Below are positions 9,237-16,702 of a stretch of 27,686 bases of DNA, one piece after another. Position numbers and translations under genes: made by a program. The stretch lies in the UHGV virus genome UHGV-0385766. The stretch is one strand, 5' to 3'. Source of the DNA: a virus. The notes below the pieces were generated by a model, which searched no databases, was not told the origin of the DNA, and saw only the letters and a list, made by a program, of their open reading frames with translations. Position 1 is the stretch's first letter. The number at the start of each line of letters is the position of its first letter.

Positions 9237-9242
9237 GTGAGA

Positions 9243-9515
9243 TTAGTTATTTATTTTCCTATTTGTTCTTACCCTCTCCCATTCAATTCTGCCTTCTTCA
9301 CGCCGTTTATCTATATATTCAGCAAGATCCTGAATGTTGATGCAGCGCTTTGCTTTCTGTGATGTACCAACACGATAAGTCGGGATCGGCAACTGGCATG
9401 CATTTGCTTTCGCTTCTGCTGTGTTAGGGCTCATACCGAAATACTTTTGGCATACAGCTGACAGCTCAATGTTTGGGGTATTGAATTCAGCCATCAGTAA
9501 AAACAAGGTGTTCAT
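9243..9515 (-). CDS. PrtN-like / excisionase-like DNA-binding protein
   Basis: Track ORF 9243-9542 uses a GTG start; the internal ATG at 9515 has a GGAGAAA Shine-Dalgarno and gives the N-terminus MNTLFLLMAEF; last gene of the leftward operon. Confidence 0.5.
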   Translation of the reverse strand: MNTLFLLMAEFNTPNIELSAVCQKYFGMSPNTAEAKANACQLPIPTYRVGTSQKAKRCINIQDLAEYIDKRREEGRIEWERVRTNRKINN

Positions 9516-9551
9516 AATTTTCTCCATCAAAACCGGCTGCACCCGGGGAAA

Positions 9552-10124
9552 TCATAATTCTGTGCTGGTGGCAGGAATTAATTTCTGCCAGATAGCGGAA
9601 ACATATTTTGCCTGATGACGGGCATCGGCCAGGGCGTTGTGCCGTTCGCCATCGAAAGGCATGTCCATTTTTGGGTCGAATCCGATGGAACGCCCAAGCG
9701 TAACGATCGTGCGTACATCGTGGTCATTCCAGTATGCCCACGGGCAGATTTGTCCTGCTCGCTCATAAGCTCCACGTAAAATTACGTTGTCGAAGGTGGC
9801 CCCGTTACCCCAGACTTTTAAATATTTCGTATTGGCTGCGTGCCGGTTAATGAAATGATTTAGTTCTGAGAGAGCATCGCTGATCGACAAAGTATCATCA
9901 ATACAGATTGCAGCTCGTGCTTCAGGGCTTTGTTTCAACCACCACAGGATGGTATCGCCGTCAGGTGTAGCTCCTTGCCCCATAGCACTTTCCAGGCTAA
10001 CAACCGTATAGAATTCTTGTCCGATGTATCCGGTTTCTGGAGTGAAGAACAGCGCGCCAATGGAAACGATCGGTGCATCCTTATTTTTCCCCATCGTCTC
10101 AAGGTCGATCATTAAGTTGTTCAT
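9552..10124 (-). CDS. 3'-5' exonuclease (DnaQ-like fold)
   Basis: Start MNNLMIDLETMG at 10124 with AGGAGGTGA Shine-Dalgarno and ATGA overlap with the upstream stop; DxE exonuclease motif; the track ORF extends to 10178 as an N-terminal artefact. Confidence 0.7.
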   Translation of the reverse strand: MNNLMIDLETMGKNKDAPIVSIGALFFTPETGYIGQEFYTVVSLESAMGQGATPDGDTILWWLKQSPEARAAICIDDTLSISDALSELNHFINRHAANTKYLKVWGNGATFDNVILRGAYERAGQICPWAYWNDHDVRTIVTLGRSIGFDPKMDMPFDGERHNALADARHQAKYVSAIWQKLIPATSTEL

Positions 10125-10801
10125 CACTTCACCTCCTGCGGCGGTTCTGGTAGAGGCATCCAATTGATTACATCGCATTCAGGTATGCTGATATCATCAC
10201 CAAGCCACCCTTGACCTTCAGACCAGCATTGCACGTAATACCCGTATTCTGTGTTCACTACGCACCACTGCGCGTCGTTCGGCATTCGCTCACTACAGCT
10301 TATCCAACCATCCGGAATTACCGGAGAGTTGCCACCGGGAATATTTTCCGGAATATTTTGTTGTGCGTTTTGTGGTTGTTCGGATTTACCCTGAAGCATG
10401 GCGGCGCAGCAGGCGTTCCATGAAATTTCCTGAAGGGAACGACGAATCTGTGTGCTGCATATACTCCTCCCTGACTCCTGGCTGTTAAACCATGTTTCAA
10501 ATTCCGGCACTACTGGTGCTGGTTGGGTGGTGACATTGGCAAAGGCTGCACGCACCCCGGCCTTAATTTCCTCTACCTCATCAGCACCTGGCGATGAATC
10601 TGACAGTGCGTGATGGAATGCGTAAGCCATGTCGTCGTTGATTTCTACAGGCACACTATCAGCCTTGCGGCGCTCCTGTAGCTCGCGCAGAGCCGCTACA
10701 ACATAATGGCTATTGTGCTGGTCAGCCCACAGAATGAGCCGAATCAACGTTGCATTTGAAACGTATTCGTCTGTTAGTTTGCTATTGGTAAAAGTCGTCA
10801 T
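10124..10801 (-). CDS. DUF551 domain protein
   Basis: 225-aa ORF; Trp/Cys-rich C-terminal domain GWISCSERMPNDAQWCVV... typical of DUF551; start overlaps the HNH stop (ATGA at 10798-10801). Confidence 0.65.
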   Translation of the reverse strand: MTTFTNSKLTDEYVSNATLIRLILWADQHNSHYVVAALRELQERRKADSVPVEINDDMAYAFHHALSDSSPGADEVEEIKAGVRAAFANVTTQPAPVVPEFETWFNSQESGRSICSTQIRRSLQEISWNACCAAMLQGKSEQPQNAQQNIPENIPGGNSPVIPDGWISCSERMPNDAQWCVVNTEYGYYVQCWSEGQGWLGDDISIPECDVINWMPLPEPPQEVK

Positions 10802-11163
10802 GCCGTAGCCCCTTCTTGATATTTTTCAAACCAGAACACAACCGGGTCAGATTTCATTTCAACCAACCCCATACGAACCAGCGCTTTGCCTTTCCCGGAC
10901 GCAAGGAATTCACGACGACCATCACTGATAATTCGCCGATAATCTTCCAGGCTACTGCAATGCTTATGCAGATTGCATGGGTGGCATGCCGGAACCATGT
11001 TGGATATATCGTCACGTTCCTGGTGAAGCATATTTCCAGCAAAACGAATGACCGGTTTTACATGGTCTGCATGCCACTTTTCGCCAAGTTCGCAGCCGCA
11101 ATAAGCGCAGCGACCGCCGAACTTCATGCGCAGTTCTGCACGTTGTTTTTTCGTCAGTGCCAT
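10798..11163 (-). CDS. HNH endonuclease
   Basis: CAYCGC...HADH...CHPCNLHKH zinc-finger/HNH motifs; start MALTKK at 11163 with AAGGAAA Shine-Dalgarno. Confidence 0.7.
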   Translation of the reverse strand: MALTKKQRAELRMKFGGRCAYCGCELGEKWHADHVKPVIRFAGNMLHQERDDISNMVPACHPCNLHKHCSSLEDYRRIISDGRREFLASGKGKALVRMGLVEMKSDPVVFWFEKYQEGATA

Positions 11164-11164
11164 A

Positions 11165-11383
11165 TCAGCTTTCCTTATATGGATTAATTTTATTGTGCAG
11201 TGTGTTGAATGACGCCCATACCACGTCGTTATACAATTCAATAACTGGCTCAATTATTTTCCCGATTCCCCATACCAGAATTAACGGGGATATCGGTATC
11301 ATCAACACGATAAACAGAATGAGAAACAGAAATTCTGTCGCTCTACTTTTTCGCGGATATTCTTTTCTGAATAATGTAGTCAT
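11165..11383 (-). CDS. Small single-pass membrane protein (72 aa)
   Basis: Hydrophobic segment FLFLILFIVLMIPISPLILVWGIG; AT-rich; preceded by an AGGAGG-hairpin-AUG arrangement. Confidence 0.5.
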   Translation of the reverse strand: MTTLFRKEYPRKSRATEFLFLILFIVLMIPISPLILVWGIGKIIEPVIELYNDVVWASFNTLHNKINPYKES

Positions 11384-11389
11384 TTCTTA

Positions 11390-11405
11390 CCGCCCTTTCG
11401 GGCGG
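11390..11405 (-). promoter_or_regulatory. Perfect hairpin between Shine-Dalgarno and start codon
   Basis: CCGCCC-TTTC-GGGCGG (GAAA tetraloop on the minus-strand RNA); AGGAGG lies immediately 5' of it (complement of 11406-11411) and AUG 6 nt 3' of it. Confidence 0.5.
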
Positions 11406-11415
11406 CCTCCTGACA

Positions 11416-11628
11416 TTAATCGTTGTAATAACTCATAGCTTCATTTGCAGCATCAACTGGATCAACATCCCACCAGCAATAATTTGGCTCGACTCCTTCA
11501 GGTGTCCACAGTTCTAATTCATTTTTTGCCGCATTCTCGTCGCCAGTAATTTTAAAAATCTGCTCAGAAAATTTCCTCACCCACTCGTTATATTTTTCCG
11601 TATTAATGGTTTTCTGTGTATTTAACAT
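11416..11628 (-). CDS. Hypothetical small acidic protein (70 aa)
   Basis: ORF with GGAGGT Shine-Dalgarno 6 nt upstream; AT-rich; no family recognised. Confidence 0.5.
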   Translation of the reverse strand: MLNTQKTINTEKYNEWVRKFSEQIFKITGDENAAKNELELWTPEGVEPNYCWWDVDPVDAANEAMSYYND

Positions 11629-11678
11629 AGATATACCTCCAGTTAAGGATTTGATTTTATTTACAGTGCTAAATTTAT

Positions 11679-12035
11679 TTATTCAGTTCTGGATTTCGTC
11701 GCCCTGCGTATCCGCGCTTTCGCGTTACGCTCAATCTGAATTAACTTTTCTATATTTTTCCGCCTTTCCTGTTCCTCCTGGCGCAATAGCCTTACATCAT
11801 CTGCCAGTCTGGTTTCTCTTTTCGCCACTGAGAGCATCCAGTCAAACGGCTCCACAACTGCACCGCAGATTTTACAGCGGACCTGACGCTCTTTTTCGTC
11901 AACCCGGACAGAAGCGTGATGGCAGTATGGTCTTTCCGATGGCTCATAAAGAAAATTAACTTGATTACGTGGGTCATCCTCTTTTACCGGAAATAAAACA
12001 ATATTACTTAACTCATTTTCTAGTTTTATTTCCAT
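11679..12035 (-). CDS. Hypothetical protein with Cys/His cluster and basic C-terminal coiled coil
   Basis: Start MEIKLENEL at 12035 with AAGGAGAGGAG Shine-Dalgarno; the track ORF extends to 12143. Confidence 0.6.
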   Translation of the reverse strand: MEIKLENELSNIVLFPVKEDDPRNQVNFLYEPSERPYCHHASVRVDEKERQVRCKICGAVVEPFDWMLSVAKRETRLADDVRLLRQEEQERRKNIEKLIQIERNAKARIRRATKSRTE

Positions 12036-12228
12036 ACTCCTCTCCTTTGATGCGCAAGTGGTTTTTCCAGCGGTTTTGCGCCGCGCTGCGCTTATCTTTG
12101 ATTCCCTCTCTGGCAATTCCAGAATATAAGTACAACACCACACGGCGATTGCTAACTCTCAACCACTGGCTGGGATAGCAACGTCTGTATACACGGGAAA
12201 TAAGCATCTTTGCTTTACGGTTTTTCAT
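12013..12228 (-). CDS. Hypothetical small basic protein (71 aa)
   Basis: ATG at 12228 with AGGAGAG Shine-Dalgarno 7 nt upstream; overlaps the next gene by 23 nt; composition unusual, so uncertain. Confidence 0.35.
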   Translation of the reverse strand: MKNRKAKMLISRVYRRCYPSQWLRVSNRRVVLYLYSGIAREGIKDKRSAAQNRWKNHLRIKGEEYGNKTRK

Positions 12229-12399
12229 CGTTTTGCTCTCCTGCGTCTCTTTGCTGCTCGTCGTGCCGCTGCAATACCGGTATGGCGGCGCTTTGGTGCC
12301 GGGATGATGTTGTCAGCCATCAGGACATGCGGCTTTGTAATTAGCGCAGAAGCCTAAAAACGAGTCGGATACGGTAACAAGCCGATACATGCACACGCA

Positions 12400-12753
12400 T
12401 TACTCACCTCCTTTACCCTGAAGCATGGCGGCGCGGCAGGCGTTCCAGCCATCAGCATATGTTTCAGTTACACCGTCGAGATGGCAGGTAAGCAAATCCA
12501 TTTCATCAGGCACTACCAGCGTTGGCGGCGCGGTGTAAAGCTGGTGCGTTCCATCAGGCAGCGAGTGACCTACATACTCACCGAACCCGTCAACACACAT
12601 GCACCCATCCTCAATAATACATGACGCCACTGGTTCTGCTTCCAGCGATGCCAAAGCAATCCGTGCCACTTCCATTTGTTCGCTACGAGTAAACCCGTTT
12701 TCAAGCGAATTTTTAATGAACAATTCAATACGTTCTTTGGTGATAGCGTTCAT
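12400..12753 (-). CDS. Hypothetical protein (117 aa) sharing a C-terminal WNAC[R/C]AAMLQGK motif with 10124-10801
   Basis: ATG at 12753 with AAGGAA Shine-Dalgarno; a 36-bp near-identical DNA segment is shared with 10385-10420. Confidence 0.6.
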   Translation of the reverse strand: MNAITKERIELFIKNSLENGFTRSEQMEVARIALASLEAEPVASCIIEDGCMCVDGFGEYVGHSLPDGTHQLYTAPPTLVVPDEMDLLTCHLDGVTETYADGWNACRAAMLQGKGGE

Positions 12754-12756
12754 GTG

Positions 12757-13335
12757 TCATTCCTTAGCCTGCAACTGCTTCTTAACCAGTTTGCGTAGAT
12801 GTGCCACAGCCATGGAAAGAGTTTCCACCGCTCGTTTATCCAGCTGTGGGGACAGAGACGCCAGTTCGTTTATTGCGATCTGAATACCATGCTCCGCCGC
12901 CAGCGTCGCGCGATTGCTCTCCAGTTCAGCAATACGATTACTTCCATCCGAGATAACACCTTCGTAATACTCACGCTGCTCGTTGAGTTTTGATTTTGTC
13001 TCCTCAAGCTCAACACGCAGCTTCCCTACCGTTAGCGCAATTTCCTCGTTCTCCTGGTCGCGGCGTTTGATGTATTGCTGGTTTCTTTCCCGTTCATCCA
13101 GCAGTGTCTGCACTAATTTAGGGTTGAAAGCTGCGATAAATTCTGCGTTGTTCTCTGCATTTTTCTGGCCGTCAAAGCCAGGCCATTTGATAATGTCTCC
13201 GCAACGTTCATCCCCCGGCGTATGCACCGCATATGTACCAGTGTCCGGCGAGATGAATGCACGCCATTCGCCCTGTGTTGCCTGTTGCGCTATCTTACGT
13301 AAGGTAGCTAATTGTTCGCTGGTAAAAGTCATCAT
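12757..13335 (-). CDS. Ea22-like early protein with coiled-coil C-terminus
   Basis: Start MMTFTSEQL at 13335 overlapping the upstream stop (ATGA); motifs GEW and NAEFIAAFNP shared with the adjacent paralog. Confidence 0.6.
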   Translation of the reverse strand: MMTFTSEQLATLRKIAQQATQGEWRAFISPDTGTYAVHTPGDERCGDIIKWPGFDGQKNAENNAEFIAAFNPKLVQTLLDERERNQQYIKRRDQENEEIALTVGKLRVELEETKSKLNEQREYYEGVISDGSNRIAELESNRATLAAEHGIQIAINELASLSPQLDKRAVETLSMAVAHLRKLVKKQLQAKE

Positions 13336-13685
13336 GGTTGCATCTCCCGTTCTTCTGCCCACTTCCGAAGCCCTTCAATCTCACCATTACGAGCTATCAG
13401 CTCGCGACACAGTCTTTCGTTTTCATCCAGCAGCGCCAGCACGGTAGCTGGATTGGCTGCGGCGATGAATTCAGCATTGGCCTGCTGTTCTATTTGGAAA
13501 TCTTCATCGAAACCGCTTTCAGGATGCGCTCCTTCAATTCTGCAAATGGGAATATATCCAGCAGCCTCGCGATGAATTAGCGCATCATCACCATCAAATC
13601 GGCCCTCTCCATATTCGAGCGACCACTCGCCACACGTTGCTTTTTCTGCCTTAGCACGCAGTGCCTGATAGTCAATCTTGCTCAC
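13332..13685 (-). CDS. Ea22-like early protein (paralog)
   Basis: 117-aa ORF; motifs CGEW and NAEFIAAANPATVLALLDE parallel the neighbouring gene. Confidence 0.6.
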   Translation of the reverse strand: MSKIDYQALRAKAEKATCGEWSLEYGEGRFDGDDALIHREAAGYIPICRIEGAHPESGFDEDFQIEQQANAEFIAAANPATVLALLDENERLCRELIARNGEIEGLRKWAEEREMQP

Positions 13686-14161
13686 TGGTTGCCTCCTTTG
13701 CGAAGCTGGTCGGCGAACAAACGTACACCAGACGCTTCACTGCGTAGAAACTTAACGGCATAATCAAAACCACCTCGTTCTGCGTCGTCTGCTACGTTGT
13801 CGAGGTTATCTGCGTACATCTCTACCCCCTGCGCCCGTACTTCAGCCAGGAAAGCATCGGTTGCTGGGGTGTCTGATTGCATAGACTTTGCGCGATAGTC
13901 ATTCCACCCTCTTGCATACATGGGATTAACTTGCACTCCATCTTTTACACAATATGCCTGCCCTCCACGGTTGATAACCTCGATTTCGTCCATAGCGCCA
14001 GACTTCAGCCCCGCATTCTCCGCTGCCAGCGTCTCGCATTTAGCTTCAAGCGCGTCGAACTTACGTACCAGGTACTCAGCATTTGTTTCGTTCACTTTCA
14101 GATCTCGCGGTACACATTTCCCGCGAAGAAACCCTTCCATTTCGAAAACATTCATGCGCAT
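13682..14161 (-). CDS. Hypothetical early protein
   Basis: 159-aa ORF; alternative start at 14155 would overlap the upstream stop as ATGA; no family recognised. Confidence 0.55.
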   Translation of the reverse strand: MRMNVFEMEGFLRGKCVPRDLKVNETNAEYLVRKFDALEAKCETLAAENAGLKSGAMDEIEVINRGGQAYCVKDGVQVNPMYARGWNDYRAKSMQSDTPATDAFLAEVRAQGVEMYADNLDNVADDAERGGFDYAVKFLRSEASGVRLFADQLRKGGNQ

Positions 14162-14688
14162 TTGCGTAACTCCGATAACTCGTTAAAACGTTCCATAAAC
14201 ATCCCGTAGGCATGGCCTGGTGACAGTGGAATAACTTTGAGCATCTCTGTTGCCGGGATACCTTCCAGTACTGGCCAGAAAGAGCCATCATCAAGCCCGA
14301 GATCGCGGCGTTCGGTTGCCAGCATGATGAGATCGGCATATTTCACAGGCGTGCTCATAACCGGGGGTAACCCGTATTTCTCACGGATTACGGCGTCTAT
14401 TTTTTCTTCCATCCGTTTATAGTCAGGAAGAAGGCGTTTCAGTGGAGCGGGAATATCCTGGCAATACGCTTCTGTTGCATCATGCATTAACGCTTCAAAA
14501 GCAAATTCCTGCGGCACCAGCTGGCTGCAAAGCACCGCATGCTGGGCGACACTGTAGAAGTGTGAAAGATGTCCTGCAAAGCGACAGATATTTGAAAGGG
14601 AAACCGCGATATCGTTAATCACGATGTCGTCTTTATTTATCTTGTCATAATAAAAATGCTTCCCGGAAAAAGTTTTAATAAATGACAT
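14152..14688 (-). CDS. HD-domain phosphohydrolase (YfdR-like 5'-deoxynucleotidase)
   Basis: Start MSFIKTF at 14688 with GGAGAA Shine-Dalgarno; H...HD metal-binding motifs (FAGHLSHF...MHDATEAY); follows YfdP/YfdQ-like genes as in the CPS-53 prophage yfdP-yfdQ-yfdR order, as I recall it. Confidence 0.7.
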   Translation of the reverse strand: MSFIKTFSGKHFYYDKINKDDIVINDIAVSLSNICRFAGHLSHFYSVAQHAVLCSQLVPQEFAFEALMHDATEAYCQDIPAPLKRLLPDYKRMEEKIDAVIREKYGLPPVMSTPVKYADLIMLATERRDLGLDDGSFWPVLEGIPATEMLKVIPLSPGHAYGMFMERFNELSELRKCA

Positions 14689-14782
14689 TTTGTTCTCCAC
14701 GTTATATGCGCTGCACCGCGCTGAATTCGGGTAAAAGGAATCCCGCACCATCCGGCGATTATTGAGTTAATTACGTTTCCAT

Positions 14783-14804
14783 AAATGCCCCCGCAGGGGC
14801 ATTT
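14783..14804 (-). other. Perfect 9-bp stem-loop between the YfdQ-like and YfdR-like genes
   Basis: AAATGCCCC-CGCA-GGGGCATTT; no strong U-tract downstream on the coding strand, so it may be a partial terminator or stability element. Confidence 0.4.
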
Positions 14805-14816
14805 GCAGTAATGAAA

Positions 14817-15641
14817 TCAGGCGGTGAAAGTACCAATAAAGGTTTCTACTTTGCTGTCTTTGAATTTCTCAACAAGCAGATCACGAAATTCGTTAGCCAT
14901 TTCTTCCTGCACTGCTTCCAGCTGAATAATGCGCAGAACCAGTACAGGACGATCGCCAGTGATAATGCTGAGGCGTAATTTAAACGGACGTTCTTTCAGG
15001 CCTTCAACCGGAACGCATTTAAATTCAAATGCCACTGGCATAATGTCTTTGGTCTTCGCTTCGACAGATTCCATCAGGGAGCGTTTGCCGCTGAAGTCAT
15101 TATCTTCAAAATCAGCGGTCTGGTTTGCTTCAATCGTGATTTTACGGACTGCCGCAGCCGCTTTGGTTGCCTGAATGGTGTCACCATTAGCATCAAAGCC
15201 CACAAGGTAGTCGGCCCAGTCTTCAATCCATTCTGCCAGTGACTTCTGGGAGTTACGCTCGCCATTAACAGACAACAGAGCAGAAAACGGTGCTGTCTTT
15301 TTCAGTTTGAGAGTGGCGGTGTTATCTGCGTGACCTGGTTCATCAATAGTACCCAGGTTAAGCACACTGACGGCTCGCATATTATCGGCATCGATAAAGC
15401 AGCGGGTGCCTTCATCTGCAAGATCTTTAGAATAACGGGTAAAGTCATCGATGCAGGCAGTGGAAAGCGCACCACGGAAACGGAAGCGATTTAAATTAAA
15501 TTTTTCCAGATCATGAATGCGGAAATTCTCAGGCAATGCCACAGCATCGGCACCAATCTTACTGATAATTTCATTAACACCCTGAGCAGAAATAAGGGCA
15601 TGGATTTGATTAATTGCGGTTGCGTCTAAGTTCTGAGACAT
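14817..15641 (-). CDS. YfdQ-like protein (DUF2303)
   Basis: 274-aa ORF with GTGAGGA Shine-Dalgarno; size and neighbours match the prophage YfdQ family as I recall it. Confidence 0.6.
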   Translation of the reverse strand: MSQNLDATAINQIHALISAQGVNEIISKIGADAVALPENFRIHDLEKFNLNRFRFRGALSTACIDDFTRYSKDLADEGTRCFIDADNMRAVSVLNLGTIDEPGHADNTATLKLKKTAPFSALLSVNGERNSQKSLAEWIEDWADYLVGFDANGDTIQATKAAAAVRKITIEANQTADFEDNDFSGKRSLMESVEAKTKDIMPVAFEFKCVPVEGLKERPFKLRLSIITGDRPVLVLRIIQLEAVQEEMANEFRDLLVEKFKDSKVETFIGTFTA

Positions 15642-15706
15642 AATAAGTCCTCACTATATTAAGATATTCAGTGATGAGATAAATAATCAGTTAATTAAGA
15701 ACGATA

Positions 15707-16069
15707 TTAATGACCTGCTGCGCGGAGTTTTCCGTCAGGTTCACCGGCAAGAGTCAGTAATTGTCCCTGGTCTTCCTGCAGAATAGTCAGGCGACCACCG
15801 CGATTGACATACATCGGCGTTTCGGTGGTGTCTTCTTCGGAAATTTTCCCGCGGTTAGTTGGGCGAACATATGAGAGTTTGTGTTTGATTTTCACACGGT
15901 TCTCATCAAACGGTTCGATTTCCAGATTGAGTGAGACCTTCCCTTTGGTTTTCGTGTTCATCACACCGGAAGCGACTTCACTGAGAACTGCGCCGATTTT
16001 GGTTTCAAATACGCCGCCGTCCAGCTCCCCGATAAATGCCTGCACATCAGTACTGCGTTCGCTAGCCAT
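15707..16069 (-). CDS. YfdP-like protein
   Basis: Start MASERSTDVQ at 16069 with GAGGAG Shine-Dalgarno (120 aa); the track ORF extends to 16255 via a TTG start over a structured leader. Confidence 0.5.
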   Translation of the reverse strand: MASERSTDVQAFIGELDGGVFETKIGAVLSEVASGVMNTKTKGKVSLNLEIEPFDENRVKIKHKLSYVRPTNRGKISEEDTTETPMYVNRGGRLTILQEDQGQLLTLAGEPDGKLRAAGH

Positions 16070-16117
16070 TTTGCTGCTCCTCATCATATCGACCCTGCAA
16101 GGTCGGTTGGTTTCTCC

Positions 16118-16206
16118 ACAAAACAGAGAAGAACACCTGCGGTGGCAGCCGCCCGGATGGATTGGGTTATGAGCCCGTCGTCCGGTGATGCTCTTCTCTG
16201 TTTTGT
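16118..16206 (-). other. 15-bp perfect inverted repeat forming a long stem in the leader of the YfdP-like gene
   Basis: ACAAAACAGAGAAGA (16118-16132) and TCTTCTCTGTTTTGT (16192-16206) are exact reverse complements separated by 59 nt; non-coding. Confidence 0.6.
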
Positions 16207-16250
16207 AAAAAGAGCGGTACCAGCCGGAAGCAAGTGTACAAACTGGTACC
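16205..16250 (-). terminator. tL-like intrinsic terminator within the leftward operon
   Basis: GGTACCAG (16216-16223) pairs with CTGGTACC (16243-16250); on the minus strand the stem is followed by GCUCUUUUU. Confidence 0.45.
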
Positions 16251-16510
16251 GCCAAAGCAGTGGCTGTTGTGGTGACCGGTGCTGATCTCCGGCTTGCGGT
16301 TATTTCAGACTCTCACGGGCGTTTAATTGCCCCGCCGAACAGCTCTTTTCCGCAATAGCTGCAATGTCTTTCGCGCATCAGCCTGCGCATTCACCACAAC
16401 GCTAAGGATTCTCTCTGGTTGAAAATACTTAGCTGTTATGTGCCTGTCTTTTCACCACTTCAGGCTCGGTGGTATCTTGGTGTTTTCATATAGCCAAGAA
16501 GGAAATAGTT

Positions 16511-16702
16511 ATGACCAAAGAAGAAAAAATTCTTTATTTATTCCAACTATCGGTTAAGACTCACACTGCATATCAGACTGCTGCCATGACATCAGATAAA
16601 AATTACAGTACGTCAGAAAACCCGATAGACGACATAAGCAAGCTTTACGATAAGTTCGAAGCACTACTCGATAAAAAGTTTGCTGAGGCTGGGCTTGAGT
16701 GA
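16511..16702 (+). CDS. Hypothetical small protein (63 aa), opposite in orientation to the surrounding operon
   Basis: ATG at 16511 with AAGGAAA Shine-Dalgarno 7 nt upstream; the 3' end overlaps a convergent minus-strand ORF by 39 nt. Confidence 0.4.
   Translation: MTKEEKILYLFQLSVKTHTAYQTAAMTSDKNYSTSENPIDDISKLYDKFEALLDKKFAEAGLE

Noticed and set aside
12225-12320. 31-codon Arg-rich micro-ORF (MADNIIPAPKRRHTGIAAARRAAKRRRRAKR) whose stop overlaps the ATG at 12228
   Set aside because: No Shine-Dalgarno and no upstream gene for coupling; the Arg-richness probably reflects the GC-rich alternate frame around the neighbouring ribosome-binding site. It is far from pL, so an N-like antiterminator role is unsupported.
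12983-13580. Ser-rich plus-strand ORFs (12983-13447, 13312-13575, 13338-13580) antisense to the Ea22-like genes
   Set aside because: Low-complexity translation of the antisense strand of well-supported genes; no start-site signals.
15707-16255. Full-length 182-aa track ORF for the YfdP-like gene
   Set aside because: Its N-terminal 62 codons start at a TTG and run through the inverted repeat and terminator structures; the internal ATG at 16069 has a strong Shine-Dalgarno and gives the expected size.
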